DNA from: an uncultured Gemmatimonadaceae bacterium
Lineage (GTDB): Bacteria > Gemmatimonadota > Gemmatimonadetes > Gemmatimonadales > Gemmatimonadaceae
DNA: 64,000 nucleotides
Assembly: GCA_963829055.1 (NCBI GenBank)
Contig: CAWHHI010000016.1
Coordinates: forward strand, 544,001-608,000
Reading direction: 5' to 3'
Positions 33,139-44,193 of this stretch are shown one piece after another (position 1 is the stretch's first letter; each line of letters begins with the position of its first letter). A program made the position numbers and the translations under genes. The notes beneath the pieces were generated by a model. The model was not told where the DNA came from. It did not search any database and saw nothing but the letters and a program-made list of their open reading frames with translations.

Positions 33139-34782
33139 CTAGGCCGCTGGTGGTCGCCGGCGCAGTCCGAGCCGTCGAGCGATGCCCGCGGCGTCCTCTA
33201 CACCCGCGACAGACGTGCAAAGAAAGTAGGTCGCGCCGTAAACGGCGATCACGATCACACCGACAACGAGCGGCCGCTGAACCGTCACGAACATCCGCAC
33301 GACAGACGCGACGACCGCGGAAAGCGCAGCGGATCCCCACAGTATCGCGATTCGTCGCGGAGGGATCGTCGTGCGCCCAATCCGTCGGTGCACCGCACGC
33401 CTCAGCAGCGCGAATTCGACCCATCCCGCAATGCCGGCCGAAACCGTGAGCCCGGCTGCGCCCCACTGCGGATCGAGTCCGAGCGCCGCCCGCAACGGCA
33501 GCGCAAACAGGTAGCCGAGCACGATGGTGAGCGTCACGCGGACGAGCGCGAACCGGAACGGAGTCTTCGTATCGCGCAGCGCGTACAGCGACAATGCGTA
33601 CAATCGCCCGAGCGTCGTGGCGAGCAATCCAACGGCAGAGCCGGCGAGAATACCCCAGACCCAGACTGCCACATCGCGATTGAACTTTCCGTTCTGGTAA
33701 ATGACGCCGGCGACGACGTCGCCAATGGCAAGAAATGCCATCGCTGACGGAATGATCCAGAACGCGATGCGACGCATCGCCGCCTCGAGCCGTACGCGCA
33801 TTGCCGCCGCGACAGTCTCGTCATCGCCGCGCAGTGTGGACATCGCCGGCAGCTCCGCGGCCGATACCGACATCCCGAAAAGACTCACCGGCAGCACAGA
33901 CAGGTTCTGGGCGTATGTCAACGCAGCGACGGAGCCCGCAATGAGGAACGACGCAATCCACGCATCGACATAGGCGCTGATCTGCACGACGCCTCGACCG
34001 ACGAACACCGGCCCGAAGTTCCGCACGACCTCACGCACGTGAGAGGAGCGCGTCATCAGCCCAAGACGCAGCCGACCCAGCAGCTTCAACACCAGCGGCA
34101 GTTGCACGAGCATCTGGAGCGCGCTGCCGACAACGGAGCCCCACGCAAGCCACACTGCGAGATCCGACAGACTCCTGTTCCCGCCGAACCACAGCAGTGT
34201 CGCGATCATCGCGACGTTCCATAGCACAGGCGCCGAGTAGGACAGGAAGAACTTGCGGTGACTGTTGAGAATCCCGAGGCACCACGCCGACAAGACGAGC
34301 AGCCCGGCGCCGGGAAAGAGCACTCGCACGAGCGTGACCGTGAGGTCGCGCTTTCCGCCTGGGAATCCCGCGGCAATGAGGTCGACGAGCACCGGCGTCG
34401 CCACGACGCCCACGAGCACGAGCAGCGAGACGATCAACGCGAGAATGGAGAACACCGCACCGGCGACGCGCGTCGCTTCCTCACCTTCCTCGTGCGCGAC
34501 GAGCGACGCGTACACGGGGATGAACGACGCCGACAGCACGCCTTCGCCGAAGAGATTCTGCAGCAGGTTCGGGATACGGAACGCGGCGCGGAACGCGTCG
34601 GCTTCGTCGGTGACGCCGAAGTAGAAGCCGAACACGCGCTCGCGAACGAGGCCGATGATGCGACTGAGGAGGATCCCTGCCGCGACGAGCGCGGCGGGCC
34701 GCAGGCGCAACCGACCCAGCAACGTCCGCGGCGCCGGTGCAGCGTCCACCGTGTGCGTTATCGGGCCGGCAGAATCAGCCAC
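33139..34782 (-). CDS. murJ: Lipid II flippase MurJ
   Basis: SRIIGLVRE, DAFRAAFRIPN, GEGVLSASFIP; many TM segments. Confidence 0.93.
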   Translation of the reverse strand: MADSAGPITHTVDAAPAPRTLLGRLRLRPAALVAAGILLSRIIGLVRERVFGFYFGVTDEADAFRAAFRIPNLLQNLFGEGVLSASFIPVYASLVAHEEGEEATRVAGAVFSILALIVSLLVLVGVVATPVLVDLIAAGFPGGKRDLTVTLVRVLFPGAGLLVLSAWCLGILNSHRKFFLSYSAPVLWNVAMIATLLWFGGNRSLSDLAVWLAWGSVVGSALQMLVQLPLVLKLLGRLRLGLMTRSSHVREVVRNFGPVFVGRGVVQISAYVDAWIASFLIAGSVAALTYAQNLSVLPVSLFGMSVSAAELPAMSTLRGDDETVAAAMRVRLEAAMRRIAFWIIPSAMAFLAIGDVVAGVIYQNGKFNRDVAVWVWGILAGSAVGLLATTLGRLYALSLYALRDTKTPFRFALVRVTLTIVLGYLFALPLRAALGLDPQWGAAGLTVSAGIAGWVEFALLRRAVHRRIGRTTIPPRRIAILWGSAALSAVVASVVRMFVTVQRPLVVGVIVIAVYGATYFLCTSVAGVEDAAGIARRLGLRRRPPAA

Positions 34783-36397
34783 GGCCTAACGCGGCCGCCG
34801 ACGGGCCAGCGGTCGCGCTCTCCGCCGTCCTCACACCGACCAGGTCACGCGCATGGTCACGGGCGCCTTCGAGCATGCGGTCCGTGATGACGCGCCCGTG
34901 GCGCGCGAGGAACGGAAGCAGGTTGAGCGCCCGCTCCTGTCGCGAGCCTAACGGGAAGAGCGAGCCGCGCGCGGTACCGATCTGCGTCATGGTCTCGTCG
35001 CTCCGGCGCTTGGCCGCGGCGACGATGCGCCGGTGCAAGCGATCGAGGCGATGTTGCATCGAACGCTGCGCACCGGCCACGACCTCGGGTGGTAGCGGCA
35101 GGCCGCTGCCCTCGGTCGCATCGCGGAGCGCCTCGGATCGCGCATCGAGCTCTGTCCGTAACTGGGCGAACGCGCGAGAAAGCTCTGGCGGAATCGACTC
35201 CGTCGCGAGCCGCCCCTCGGCGCGATGGGGATCCGCCAACTCCTGCTCATCGATACCGAGGCGAGCAAGAATGCGCGCGACGTGCGGCTCGATGATGGTC
35301 GTCGACCATCGGGGCACCGCGAGCGGTGGCGCCAGCGACAGCGCCGTCGCGACGGCCGACACCTGCGCGAAATACGCGAACTCACCGGGACCAGCCACGT
35401 AGGCCACCGTCGGAAACAGCGCGCGCTCGATGACGGGCCGCAGCAGTACGTTAGGCGAGAGCACCGTCGCGCTGCCGGCGCCATCCCCGACCGATGCCGC
35501 GACAGCCGCCGCCTCGGTGAGCGGAACGCGCCGTTTGTCAGGCGTTCCGGCTGGTCGCTCGAACACGAGCGACAGCCCCTCGACCTCGGTGACCTGCACC
35601 TGGTAGCCGGCGGATACGATCGCGGCGTCTCGATCGCGGAGCGCCTGCGCCACGTCTCCACTGCGGTCGAGCGCGCGCACGAGAAACGGTCGCGCCGCCG
35701 ACGTCACGCTCGCATGGGCGGCGTCGAGTACCGCGATGCCGAGTGGTTCGAAGAGCTCACGCAGCAGCTGCAGGTACGCGCCTCCAACGGTCGCGCCGAG
35801 CCGATACGCGGTTCGCGCCGCGCGCAGCGGGCGCTCGTCGACGGTCGTGCCGCACGCTCGCTCGAGCGCCGCCAGCGCCGCGGCGGGATCAGTAAGCGGC
35901 ATCTCGGCCATCGGACGCCCCAGCGCAGCGCCCGGGGCGACCGACAACCGCTCCGCGCCGCCTGGAACGGCGATCGCTGTCCACGCGGCCTCGGCGAAAT
36001 CTGCGTCGTCGTTCGCGGCCCAGAACACGGGCGCCGCCGGAGTGCCTGTGGCGGCTTCGATTTCGTCGGCCAGCGCGAGCGCGCTCAGCGCTTTGGACCA
36101 GGTGTAGATCGGTCCGCCGAAGAGGCCCGGCTGTTGACCGGTCGTCACGACGACGCCCCGCCCCTTCGCGACACGCTCGAGGCGCGCCGCCGCCGCGCCC
36201 GTCGCGGCGAACGCCGGTGCGAGCGCGCCGAGCCAATCCCTGTCGCTCGTGCTCGCGCGCACCGCTTCGGCACGTGCCGTCCACCCCGCCACCGACGTCG
36301 GACGAGCCACATACCAGTCGCCAAGTCGGCCTTCGATGCCGGCGCGTGCGAGCGGTGAGCCGCCGAGCGGCTCGGTGCGGACGATAGGCTCACTCAT
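34775..36397 (-). CDS. bshC: Bacillithiol biosynthesis protein BshC-like
   Basis: VTTGQQPGLFGGPIYT..K, PVFW, SPNVLLRP, AYVAGPGE.AY.AQ, QER. Confidence 0.85.
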   Translation of the reverse strand: MSEPIVRTEPLGGSPLARAGIEGRLGDWYVARPTSVAGWTARAEAVRASTSDRDWLGALAPAFAATGAAAARLERVAKGRGVVVTTGQQPGLFGGPIYTWSKALSALALADEIEAATGTPAAPVFWAANDDADFAEAAWTAIAVPGGAERLSVAPGAALGRPMAEMPLTDPAAALAALERACGTTVDERPLRAARTAYRLGATVGGAYLQLLRELFEPLGIAVLDAAHASVTSAARPFLVRALDRSGDVAQALRDRDAAIVSAGYQVQVTEVEGLSLVFERPAGTPDKRRVPLTEAAAVAASVGDGAGSATVLSPNVLLRPVIERALFPTVAYVAGPGEFAYFAQVSAVATALSLAPPLAVPRWSTTIIEPHVARILARLGIDEQELADPHRAEGRLATESIPPELSRAFAQLRTELDARSEALRDATEGSGLPLPPEVVAGAQRSMQHRLDRLHRRIVAAAKRRSDETMTQIGTARGSLFPLGSRQERALNLLPFLARHGRVITDRMLEGARDHARDLVGVRTAESATAGPSAAALGRG

Positions 36398-36442
36398 GCC
36401 TGATCAGGCCCCCGGTCACGTCGCGACAGCCAGCGTTAGGCA

Positions 36443-36904
36443 TCATTTGTGGTAGGGCTCTCCGCGCACGATCGTCCCCGCCCGGTACAGCTGCTCGGCG
36501 AGAACGAGCCGCGCGAGCTCGTGCGGCAACGTCCAGGAAGAAAACGAGACGCGCGCAGCGGCACGCTCGGTAAGATCGTCAGCCAGCCCGTGCGCGCCTC
36601 CGATCACGAAGGCCACGTCGCTCGCGGACTCGCGCAGCCGTTGCACCCAGGCCGCGAACTCCGGCGACGATACCCGTCGTCCGCTGACATCGCAGGCGAT
36701 GACCTGAGCGCCACCGACAGCGTGGGCGAGGCGCTCCCCCTCGCGTTTGCGCACGAGGTCCGTGTTCGCGGCGCGCACGGGTTCGTCCTTCACCTCGAAC
36801 ACGTGAAGAGGCCAGTAGCGTCGCGCACGCTCCTCGTAGTCATGGATCGCCGCGGCGAGCGGCTCGTTCCTCGGCTTGCCGACCACGGCGACGATCAGGC
36901 GCAT
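36443..36904 (-). CDS. rlmH: 23S rRNA pseudouridine-1915 N3-methyltransferase
   Basis: FVIGGAHG, TLPHELARLVLAEQLYRA, GEPYHK. Confidence 0.96.
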   Translation of the reverse strand: MRLIVAVVGKPRNEPLAAAIHDYEERARRYWPLHVFEVKDEPVRAANTDLVRKREGERLAHAVGGAQVIACDVSGRRVSSPEFAAWVQRLRESASDVAFVIGGAHGLADDLTERAAARVSFSSWTLPHELARLVLAEQLYRAGTIVRGEPYHK

Positions 36905-36959
36905 GAACGGACACGATGGTGGCGGGCGCCATCAACAGGACGCCCGCCGCCCGTCGTTG

Positions 36960-38269
36960 TTAGGCATAGATGCCGCGCAGCCGGTGCACCGTCGCCACCC
37001 GGCTGATCGAAAGCATGTACGCCGCGGTGCGCATGTTCACCTTGTGCTGGCGCGAGAGGTCGAGCACGTCCTTGAAGCTGCGCGTCATGATGTCGCGCAG
37101 CCGGTCGTTGACGGTATCCTCTGTCCAGAAGTAGCCGCCACGGTCCTGGACCCACTCGAAGTAGGAGACGGTCACCCCACCGGCGTTCGCCAGGATGTCG
37201 GGGATCACGAAGATGCCCTTCTCCTCGAGCACGGCATCGGCAGCGGCGGTCGTCGGGCCGTTGGCGCCCTCGCAGATGATCTTCGCGCGAATCTTCCCCG
37301 CGTTCTTCGTCGTGATGACGTTCTCGAGCGCGGCCGGCAGCAACACGTCGACGTCGAGCGTGAGGAGCTCGTCGTTCGTGATCCGATCGCCCTTCGTGTA
37401 GCCTTCGAGCGAGCGGTGCTCCTTCACGTAGGCGATGGCGTCTTCGACGTCGATTCCGTCCGCGTTGTGCACGCCACCGGTGCGGTCGCTGATCGCGACG
37501 ATCTTGCATCCTTCGCGCTGCATGCAGCTGCGACGCGATCGAGCCCACGTTGCCGAATCCCTGCACCGCGACCGTTGTGCCGCGCACGTTCATGCCGAGG
37601 TGCGCGAGCGCCTCCTTCGTGACGATCATGCAGCCCGCGGCCTGTCGCCTCGCGACGCCCGAGCGATCCGCCCATCTCCACTGGCTTGCCGGTGACGACC
37701 GCGGTCACGGTGTGGCGCACGTGCATCGAGTACGTGTCCATCACCCACGCCATCACGCGCTCGTTCGTGTTCACGTCAGGCGCTGGGACGTCCGAGTCAG
37801 GGCCGAGCGTCGAGATGATTCCCGCCGTGTAGCGACGCGTCAGTCGCTCGAGCTCCCCGACGCTCATCTTGAGCGGATCGCACACGACGCCGCCCTTCGC
37901 GCCGCCGAACGGGAGGTTCACGACCGCACACTTCCACGTCATCCAGGCGGCGAGTGCCTTCACCTCGTCCAGCGTGACATTCATGTCGAAGCGAATACCG
38001 CCCTTAGCCGGCCCGCGCGACGTGTTGTAGAGCACGCGGTGGCCCGTGTAGACCTCCACCTCTCCGTTGTCCAGCAACACGGGCACCGAAACGGTGATCT
38101 GCTTCTCCGGATGCCGCAGCACCTTGTAGAGGCCCGGCTCGAGGTCGAGGAGGTCGGCAGCACGGTCGAACCGCGACATCATCGCCTCGAACGGGTTTTC
38201 CTCGTTCAGGAAGCGATCCTTGTCAGGGCGAACGATGCGATCGGTGGGAAGTCGGAGGTCAGTGGCCAT
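36960..38269 (-). CDS. gdhA: Glu/Leu/Phe/Val dehydrogenase (glutamate dehydrogenase); frameshifts near 37525 and 37640
   Basis: [52 protein letters not shown]. Confidence 0.93.
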
Positions 38270-38273
38270 GGAA

Positions 38274-39345
38274 TCAATCAAGGGGTCGGGACGGACCCGA
38301 CCGTCGAGAATGGATTGAAGCGGAACGAGCAAGGAGCGTCGTGGTCAGCACATCGTCCACCGCGCCGACGCCGCGCTCGACGACGACGCGCTGGGAAACA
38401 TACCACAGAGGCGACGGACCGGGCCACAACGGGCCCAGCTTCACGGCATCCTTGAGGGTGCACACGACGCGGTCGTAGCGCTCGGCGCGCTTGCGCAGCA
38501 CGGCTACGTCAGCCGCAGAGTAGCGGTGATGGTCTCGAAACACGGCGGTCTCCACGCGCGCTCCCGTCCGCGCAAGCTGGGCTTCGAACGCCGCAGGATC
38601 CCCAATCGCCGAGATCGCGAGCACAGATTCGTTAGCCAGCACGCTCAGGTCGACGGTCGTGGTCCCGTTCGCATCGCGAAGGGTGCCCGGGTCGAGGTGG
38701 ACGATGGCCGTCGGAATCGCGGTCGCGGCGCCGCGTAGCGCGTCGATCACCAGCATCGCCTGATCGAGCGACGCGGCCTTGCGCGTCACGATCGCCAGCG
38801 ACGCTCGGCCCGCGGCCGAGAGGCGCTCGCGCCACGGGCCTGCGGGAAGCAGATGCCGCTGCCGTCCCCGCCACCGGTCGGCGCTGATCACGACGATATC
38901 GGCGACGCGGCTGGCCTGCCGATGCTGAAAGGCATCGTCGAGCACGGCGACATCGCAGCCGAGATCGCGCGCCTGAATACAGCCGGCGACACGATCAGGC
39001 GACACGACCACAGGCACGTCGGGGTTGAGCGTCCGGTGCACGAGAGGCTCGTCGTCCCCGTACCCGCGAAGCACGATTGCCGGCGTGGCCCCCTGGTCGC
39101 GCAGGCGCTTCGCGAGATACGCCGCGAGCGGCGTCTTGCCCGTGCCGCCAACCGTCAGATTCCCAACGCTGAGCGCCGGAATCGCCGTTGCGTGCGTGTT
39201 CAGGATGCCTGACGAGTACAGCGCGGCTGCGAGTGGCACTAACTGTGTGGAACAGCAGCTCCGCCGGCACTAGCGCGGCGCGTGCGACGCGCGCGCCAAT
39301 GCCGTCGCTCTCCCACAGCGTCCGCAGCCAGTCGCCGTCACCCAC
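38274..39345 (-). CDS. lpxK: Tetraacyldisaccharide 4'-kinase; frameshift near 39240
   Basis: [43 protein letters not shown]. Confidence 0.93.
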
Positions 39346-39997
39346 GCTCTGCCACGGCGATGGCTTCGTCGATCAGCGCCTCGAACCGCGGAGCCTCGAG
39401 CTCCGCTTCCCGGGCGGATGCCGCCGTCACGAACGTCGGGGCGCTATACGCGAGCGTCACGCGGCTGAATGGCTTCGGGATCATGAATCGATCCCAGCTC
39501 TTGAGGTACCATGCACGCGAGGCGCTGATTCCGACGCCGATGATCGGCGCGCCTACGCGCTGCGCTGCGACCAGAGCTCCGCTGGCGAATTTGCGCGCCG
39601 GCCCTCGTGGCCCGTCAGGGGTTACGGCAACCTCGATCCCGGCTTCCAACTCACGCACGATCCCGAGTAACGCGCGTGCGGCGCCGCGCGATGAGGACCC
39701 ACGAATGGTTTGGTGACCCAATCGTTCCGCGATGCGGGCGACGATCTCCCCGTCGCGATGTGAGCTGATGACGATGCGCACGCCTTCGGAACGATGACGC
39801 CACAGCAGCGGAAGGAGCTGGCCGTGCCAGAACGCGAACACGAATGGTTGGCGCTGCGCGCGAAGCGCCTTGAAGCCTGCATCATTCGCTATGCGGAACC
39901 GCCATGTACTCGCCAGTACCCGGATCAGCAGCGTCCCGAGAGCAACGAGGACAGGCAGCTTCCAGCCTCGCTTTGCTTCGTTCTTTGTCTCACTCAC
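39338..39997 (-). CDS. DUF374 lysophospholipid acyltransferase family (LpxJ-like)
   Basis: FWHG, ISSHRDGE, RGSSSRG, TPDGPRGP, SWDRFMIPKPFS. Confidence 0.85.
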   Translation of the reverse strand: MSETKNEAKRGWKLPVLVALGTLLIRVLASTWRFRIANDAGFKALRAQRQPFVFAFWHGQLLPLLWRHRSEGVRIVISSHRDGEIVARIAERLGHQTIRGSSSRGAARALLGIVRELEAGIEVAVTPDGPRGPARKFASGALVAAQRVGAPIIGVGISASRAWYLKSWDRFMIPKPFSRVTLAYSAPTFVTAASAREAELEAPRFEALIDEAIAVAERG

Positions 39998-41106
39998 ACT
40001 GCGAGCTCACTCGCGATCGCTGCGACGCGCTCGGCCGCTCCTGGTGTGCCGAGCTTCGACCGCACGTCGGCCAGGCCCTCGAGCATCGCGCCGCGACGCG
40101 GATCGTCATGGTCGAGCAACGGCTGCAGCGTCTCTGCGACGCGTTCGGGTACGACGGCATCCTGTACGAATTCCGGAGCGACTTCGCGCCCCGCAACGAC
40201 GTTCACCAGTCCGATGCGTGGGATCTTCACGACTCGGCGCGCGATCGCGTACGTCCATGGACTCGTCTTGTAAGCGACGACCAGCGGACACCCCGCCACG
40301 GCCGCCTCGAGTGTCGTCGTGCCGCTCTTGCAGAGCGCCGCGTCCGCTGCGCGCAGCACGGTGAACGATGCGGACGGCACACGGGGATACGGGCACCGCG
40401 CGGGATCGATGGTCACGGTGGACGCGGCGCTGACGATGACGCGTAGACCTGGACGCTTCCGTTCGAGAATCTGCGCCGTGCGCACGAAGTCATCGAGGTG
40501 TCGGTGAATCTCCTGCGCGCGACTGCCAGGAAACAACGCCAGTACCTCGTCGGACTCCTTGAGTCCGAGCATGCGCCGCGCCTCCGCGCGCTCGGGCATT
40601 TCACCGATGCGATCCAGCAACGGATGACCGACGAACGTAGCGTTGATTCCGTGCGAGCGCAGCAGCGATTCCTCGAACGGCAGGATCGGTGCGGCGCGCG
40701 TCACTATCTTCGACAGCTCGGCGAGCCGGCCCGCACCCCACGCCCACACCTGCGGCGTGATGTAGTAGAGCACCGGAACGCCCGCGGCCGCCGCGGCCGC
40801 CGCGAGCTTCATGTTGAAGCCCGGATAGTCGATGACCACGAGCAAGGCGACCGTACCCGATCGCAGCCGGCGCTTGAGCGACGACAACAACGCGTAGTGT
40901 CGAGGCACCTGCCTAACGACTTCGACGAAGCCCATCACCGCCATGCGATCGGACCGCTCGATCAGCGTGACGCCGGCGTTCTCCATGCGCGAGCCTCCGA
41001 TGCCGGTCAGCGCGAGGTCGGGACGCATGCGCTTCAACGCGGCCGCGAAACCGGACGCGTGAAGATCGCCGGACGCTTCCCCGGCGATGATGAGCACTTC
41101 ACGCAC
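39994..41106 (-). CDS. lpxB: Lipid A disaccharide synthase
   Basis: AGEASGDLH, IDYPGFN, PQVWAW, FVGHPL, PGSR, SGTTTLE. Confidence 0.96.
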   Translation of the reverse strand: MREVLIIAGEASGDLHASGFAAALKRMRPDLALTGIGGSRMENAGVTLIERSDRMAVMGFVEVVRQVPRHYALLSSLKRRLRSGTVALLVVIDYPGFNMKLAAAAAAAGVPVLYYITPQVWAWGAGRLAELSKIVTRAAPILPFEESLLRSHGINATFVGHPLLDRIGEMPERAEARRMLGLKESDEVLALFPGSRAQEIHRHLDDFVRTAQILERKRPGLRVIVSAASTVTIDPARCPYPRVPSASFTVLRAADAALCKSGTTTLEAAVAGCPLVVAYKTSPWTYAIARRVVKIPRIGLVNVVAGREVAPEFVQDAVVPERVAETLQPLLDHDDPRRGAMLEGLADVRSKLGTPGAAERVAAIASELAV

Positions 41107-42132
41107 GCGCGACCGTACCTGCGTCCGCCGCGGCTCCTGTGCGGCCCAAGCCAGAAAGCGACGGCAGCGTGCGCTCGATCTCGCTGACGATGCGTAGCGC
41201 GACTGCCAACGCCTCTCGGCCATCCTGTCCCGTCACGACGACCGGCTGCTCACCCCGCACCGCGGCGATGAAGCTCTCGAACTCCAGTCGGAGCGGCTCG
41301 CCCTCCGGCGCTTCGAGCGGAATACGCTCGACGAACGCTTCCAGCGCGAGTGGGCCTTTCGCGAGTTGAGCAAGATCGAGGTCACCACGAAGCCGGTAGA
41401 ACTCACCGTCGCCCGCCGCGAGGTCGAGCGAGATGTATCCGCTCTGCTGGAAGATGCGAACCTTCCGCATGCGCTCGCGCGACACGCGACTCGACGTGAT
41501 GTTCGCGACGACGCCCGAGTCGAACGAGATGCGCGCATTCGCAATGTCCACGAACGGCGTCAGCACCGGCACACCGACCGCCGCGACATCGGCGACGTGA
41601 CTCCCGACCAGCGTCAGGACGAGATCGATGTCGTGAATCATGAGATCCAGCACGACCGCGACGTCCGAGCCGCGCGGGTTGAACGGCGCGAGTCGGTCGC
41701 TGTCGATGAATCGTGGCGCCTCGACGAATGGCAGCGCCGCACGCACCGCACGGTTGAATCGCTCGACGTGGCCGGTCTGCACGATGGCCCCTGTCCGCTC
41801 GGCGATCGCCGAGCAATTCGTCCGCTTCCGCGAGCGTCGTCGCGATGGGCTTTTCGATGAGCAGGTGACGCCCTTTCTCGAGCGCCACCTTCGCGACGGC
41901 GTAGTGCGCCGGCGTCGGCACGGCGATCGTGAGCGCATCGCACGCATCGACGAGTGCCTCGACGGTGTCGAATGCGGGCACGTTCAACTCGCTCGCGACC
42001 TGCTGCGGCGCGCTCGGGTCGCGCGTCGTGGAAGCCGACGAGCGTCGCGCCCTCGACATCTCTGAACAGGCGGACGTGGTGGTAGCCTAACGCCCCCGCG
42101 CCGATGACGCCGACCCGCACCGGCGCCGTCAA
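41099..42132 (-). CDS. Gfo/Idh/MocA oxidoreductase (GnnA-like); frameshifts near 41815 and 42010
   Basis: GVIGAGALG, AVPT..H, IEKP, GHVERFN, DLMIHDID; lies between lpxA and lpxB. Confidence 0.85.
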
Positions 42133-42902
42133 AACCCGACCCCGCGCTGACTCTCCTCGATGAACTGCAGGAAGTATTCGACTTCGGGCAGCGGCTGAAG
42201 CTCCGACCGCGCTCGCTCCATCGCCTGGGAGACGTTGAGCTCCGAGCGGAAGAAAAGTCGATACGCGCGCTTGAGCTCACGGACGGTCTCGTCGGCGAAC
42301 CCGCTGCGCTGCAGACCGACGCTGTTCAGCCCGTAGAGCTTTACCGGGTTACCGACCGCCTTGATGAACGGCGGAACGTCCTTCGCGACGCGCGACATTC
42401 CACCAACGAAGCTATGACGTCCGATCTTCACGAACTGATGCGCTGCGGACAGCCCCGATAGAATCGCGCGATCCTCGACGGTGACGTGGCCGGCGAGCTG
42501 CGTGCCGTTCGAGATGATCACGCCGTCGCCCACGTGACAGTCGTGCGCGAGGTGCACGTACGACATGAGGAAGCATCCCTTCCCCACGCTCGTCTTGAAC
42601 GACTGAGCGGTGCCGCGGTTGATCGTCGAGTACTCGCGAATCCGCGTGCCGTCGCCGATCTCGACCCACGTCTCCTCACCCTTGAACTTGAGATCCTGGG
42701 GATCGCCGCCGAGAATGGTCCCGATGCCGACGCTGACGTTGGTGCCGAGCCTAACGTTTTTCTCGAGGACGGTGCGCGCGTCGAGCGTACAGCCGTCGCC
42801 GATGAAGCAGCTCTCACCGACGATCGCGTACGGTCCAATCGTGACGTTGTCGCCGATCTCGGCGCGCGGTGACACGATGGCCGTCGGATGGATCCCGGGC
42901 AT
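42129..42902 (-). CDS. lpxA: UDP-GlcNAc acyltransferase
   Basis: IHPTAIV, hexapeptide repeats, PQDLKF, TINRGT, HLAHDC, HQF, DVPP, GLN.VGL. Confidence 0.96.
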   Translation of the reverse strand: MPGIHPTAIVSPRAEIGDNVTIGPYAIVGESCFIGDGCTLDARTVLEKNVRLGTNVSVGIGTILGGDPQDLKFKGEETWVEIGDGTRIREYSTINRGTAQSFKTSVGKGCFLMSYVHLAHDCHVGDGVIISNGTQLAGHVTVEDRAILSGLSAAHQFVKIGRHSFVGGMSRVAKDVPPFIKAVGNPVKLYGLNSVGLQRSGFADETVRELKRAYRLFFRSELNVSQAMERARSELQPLPEVEYFLQFIEESQRGVGF

Positions 42903-42918
42903 TACGCTGTGGACTCGC

Positions 42919-44193
42919 TCATCGGTCTCGCACCATCGCCGCCATCTGCGCCTCCGCGACAAGCTCACCGTCTACCTTCGCCACACCGTTCATCTTGCAG
43001 ATGCGCCCGCGGATCTGAACCACCTCGAGCTCGAAGCGGAGCTGATCGCCCGGCTTCACCGGCCGTCGCCACTTCACGTTGTCGAGCGACATGAAGTACA
43101 CGACCTTGGTCTCCGGATCATCAAACGATCCCATGAGCAACATGCCCGCCGACCTGCGCCATCGCTTCGATGATCAGCACGCCGGGCATGATCGGGTGAC
43201 CCGGGAAATGCCCCTGAAAGAACGGCTCGTTGATCGTCACGTTCTTCAGCCCGACGATCCGCTTCCCGTGCTCGATCTCGAGGATCCGGTCAACGAGCAG
43301 GAATGGATACCGATGCGGGAGGATCTTCATGATCTCTTCGATTCCGATCACGGTATTCTCCTTCCCCGCCTGCTTGGTGAGTTCTCGAACGAGCAAGATC
43401 GTTCCCCTGTGACTCGGTTTATGTGCAACGACTCGCACCCGCACCCGACGCCCCGCGAGCGCCAGGTCGCCCGACGCAATCGAGCGCCTTGTGGCGCACG
43501 AACTCATCAGGCCAACGCAGCGTGTTCTCGATGACACTATCGCCATCGAGCACGACCGCGTTCTGCGTCGACCCGCCACGAATCAGTCCTCGCGACCGGA
43601 GCGCATCGACCTCGCGCGCGAATCCGAACGTACGCGCCGGCGCAATCTCCCGCGCAAACACGTCGGGCGTCACCGTGTACCGGCATTCCTGGCGCCCAAT
43701 GAGCGGATGCGGGAAATTCGATCGACACCGACAGGTCGAGCGTGTCGGACGGGTGCGCCTCGTACACCGACTCGCCGTCGACGACGCGCACCGACGACTG
43801 CAGCGTAAGATACTGTGCCTGGCCCCGCTGCTCCGTCCAGCCGGCGGATCGCAACGCGTCCAGAAATGGCGCCGCACTTCCATCCATGATCGGCGGCTCG
43901 GGCCCGTCGATCTCGATCGTCACGTCATCGACCTCGACCCCAGCGATCGCCGCAAGCACGTGCTCAACCGTGTGGATCGCGTCATCGCCGCTGCCGAGCT
44001 GCGTCCGCCGCTCGGTCAGCACTGCGTGCTCTACGACCGCGGGGATTACCGGCGTCCCCGGTCTGTCGGTGCGAATGAACCGGATGCCGTAGCCCGCGGG
44101 CGCCGGTCGGAACGTGAGACGACACGCCACCCCGAGATGCAGCCCGACTCCCTCGAGCGTCACCGGGCGCGAGATCGTTCGACGAGACGTCAT
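42919..44193 (-). CDS. lpxC: Bifunctional LpxC/FabZ; frameshifts near 43710, 43475 and 43140
   Basis: GVGLH, TVEH, PIMDGS, ARTFGF, HKALD (LpxC), then [29 protein letters not shown] (FabZ). Confidence 0.9.
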
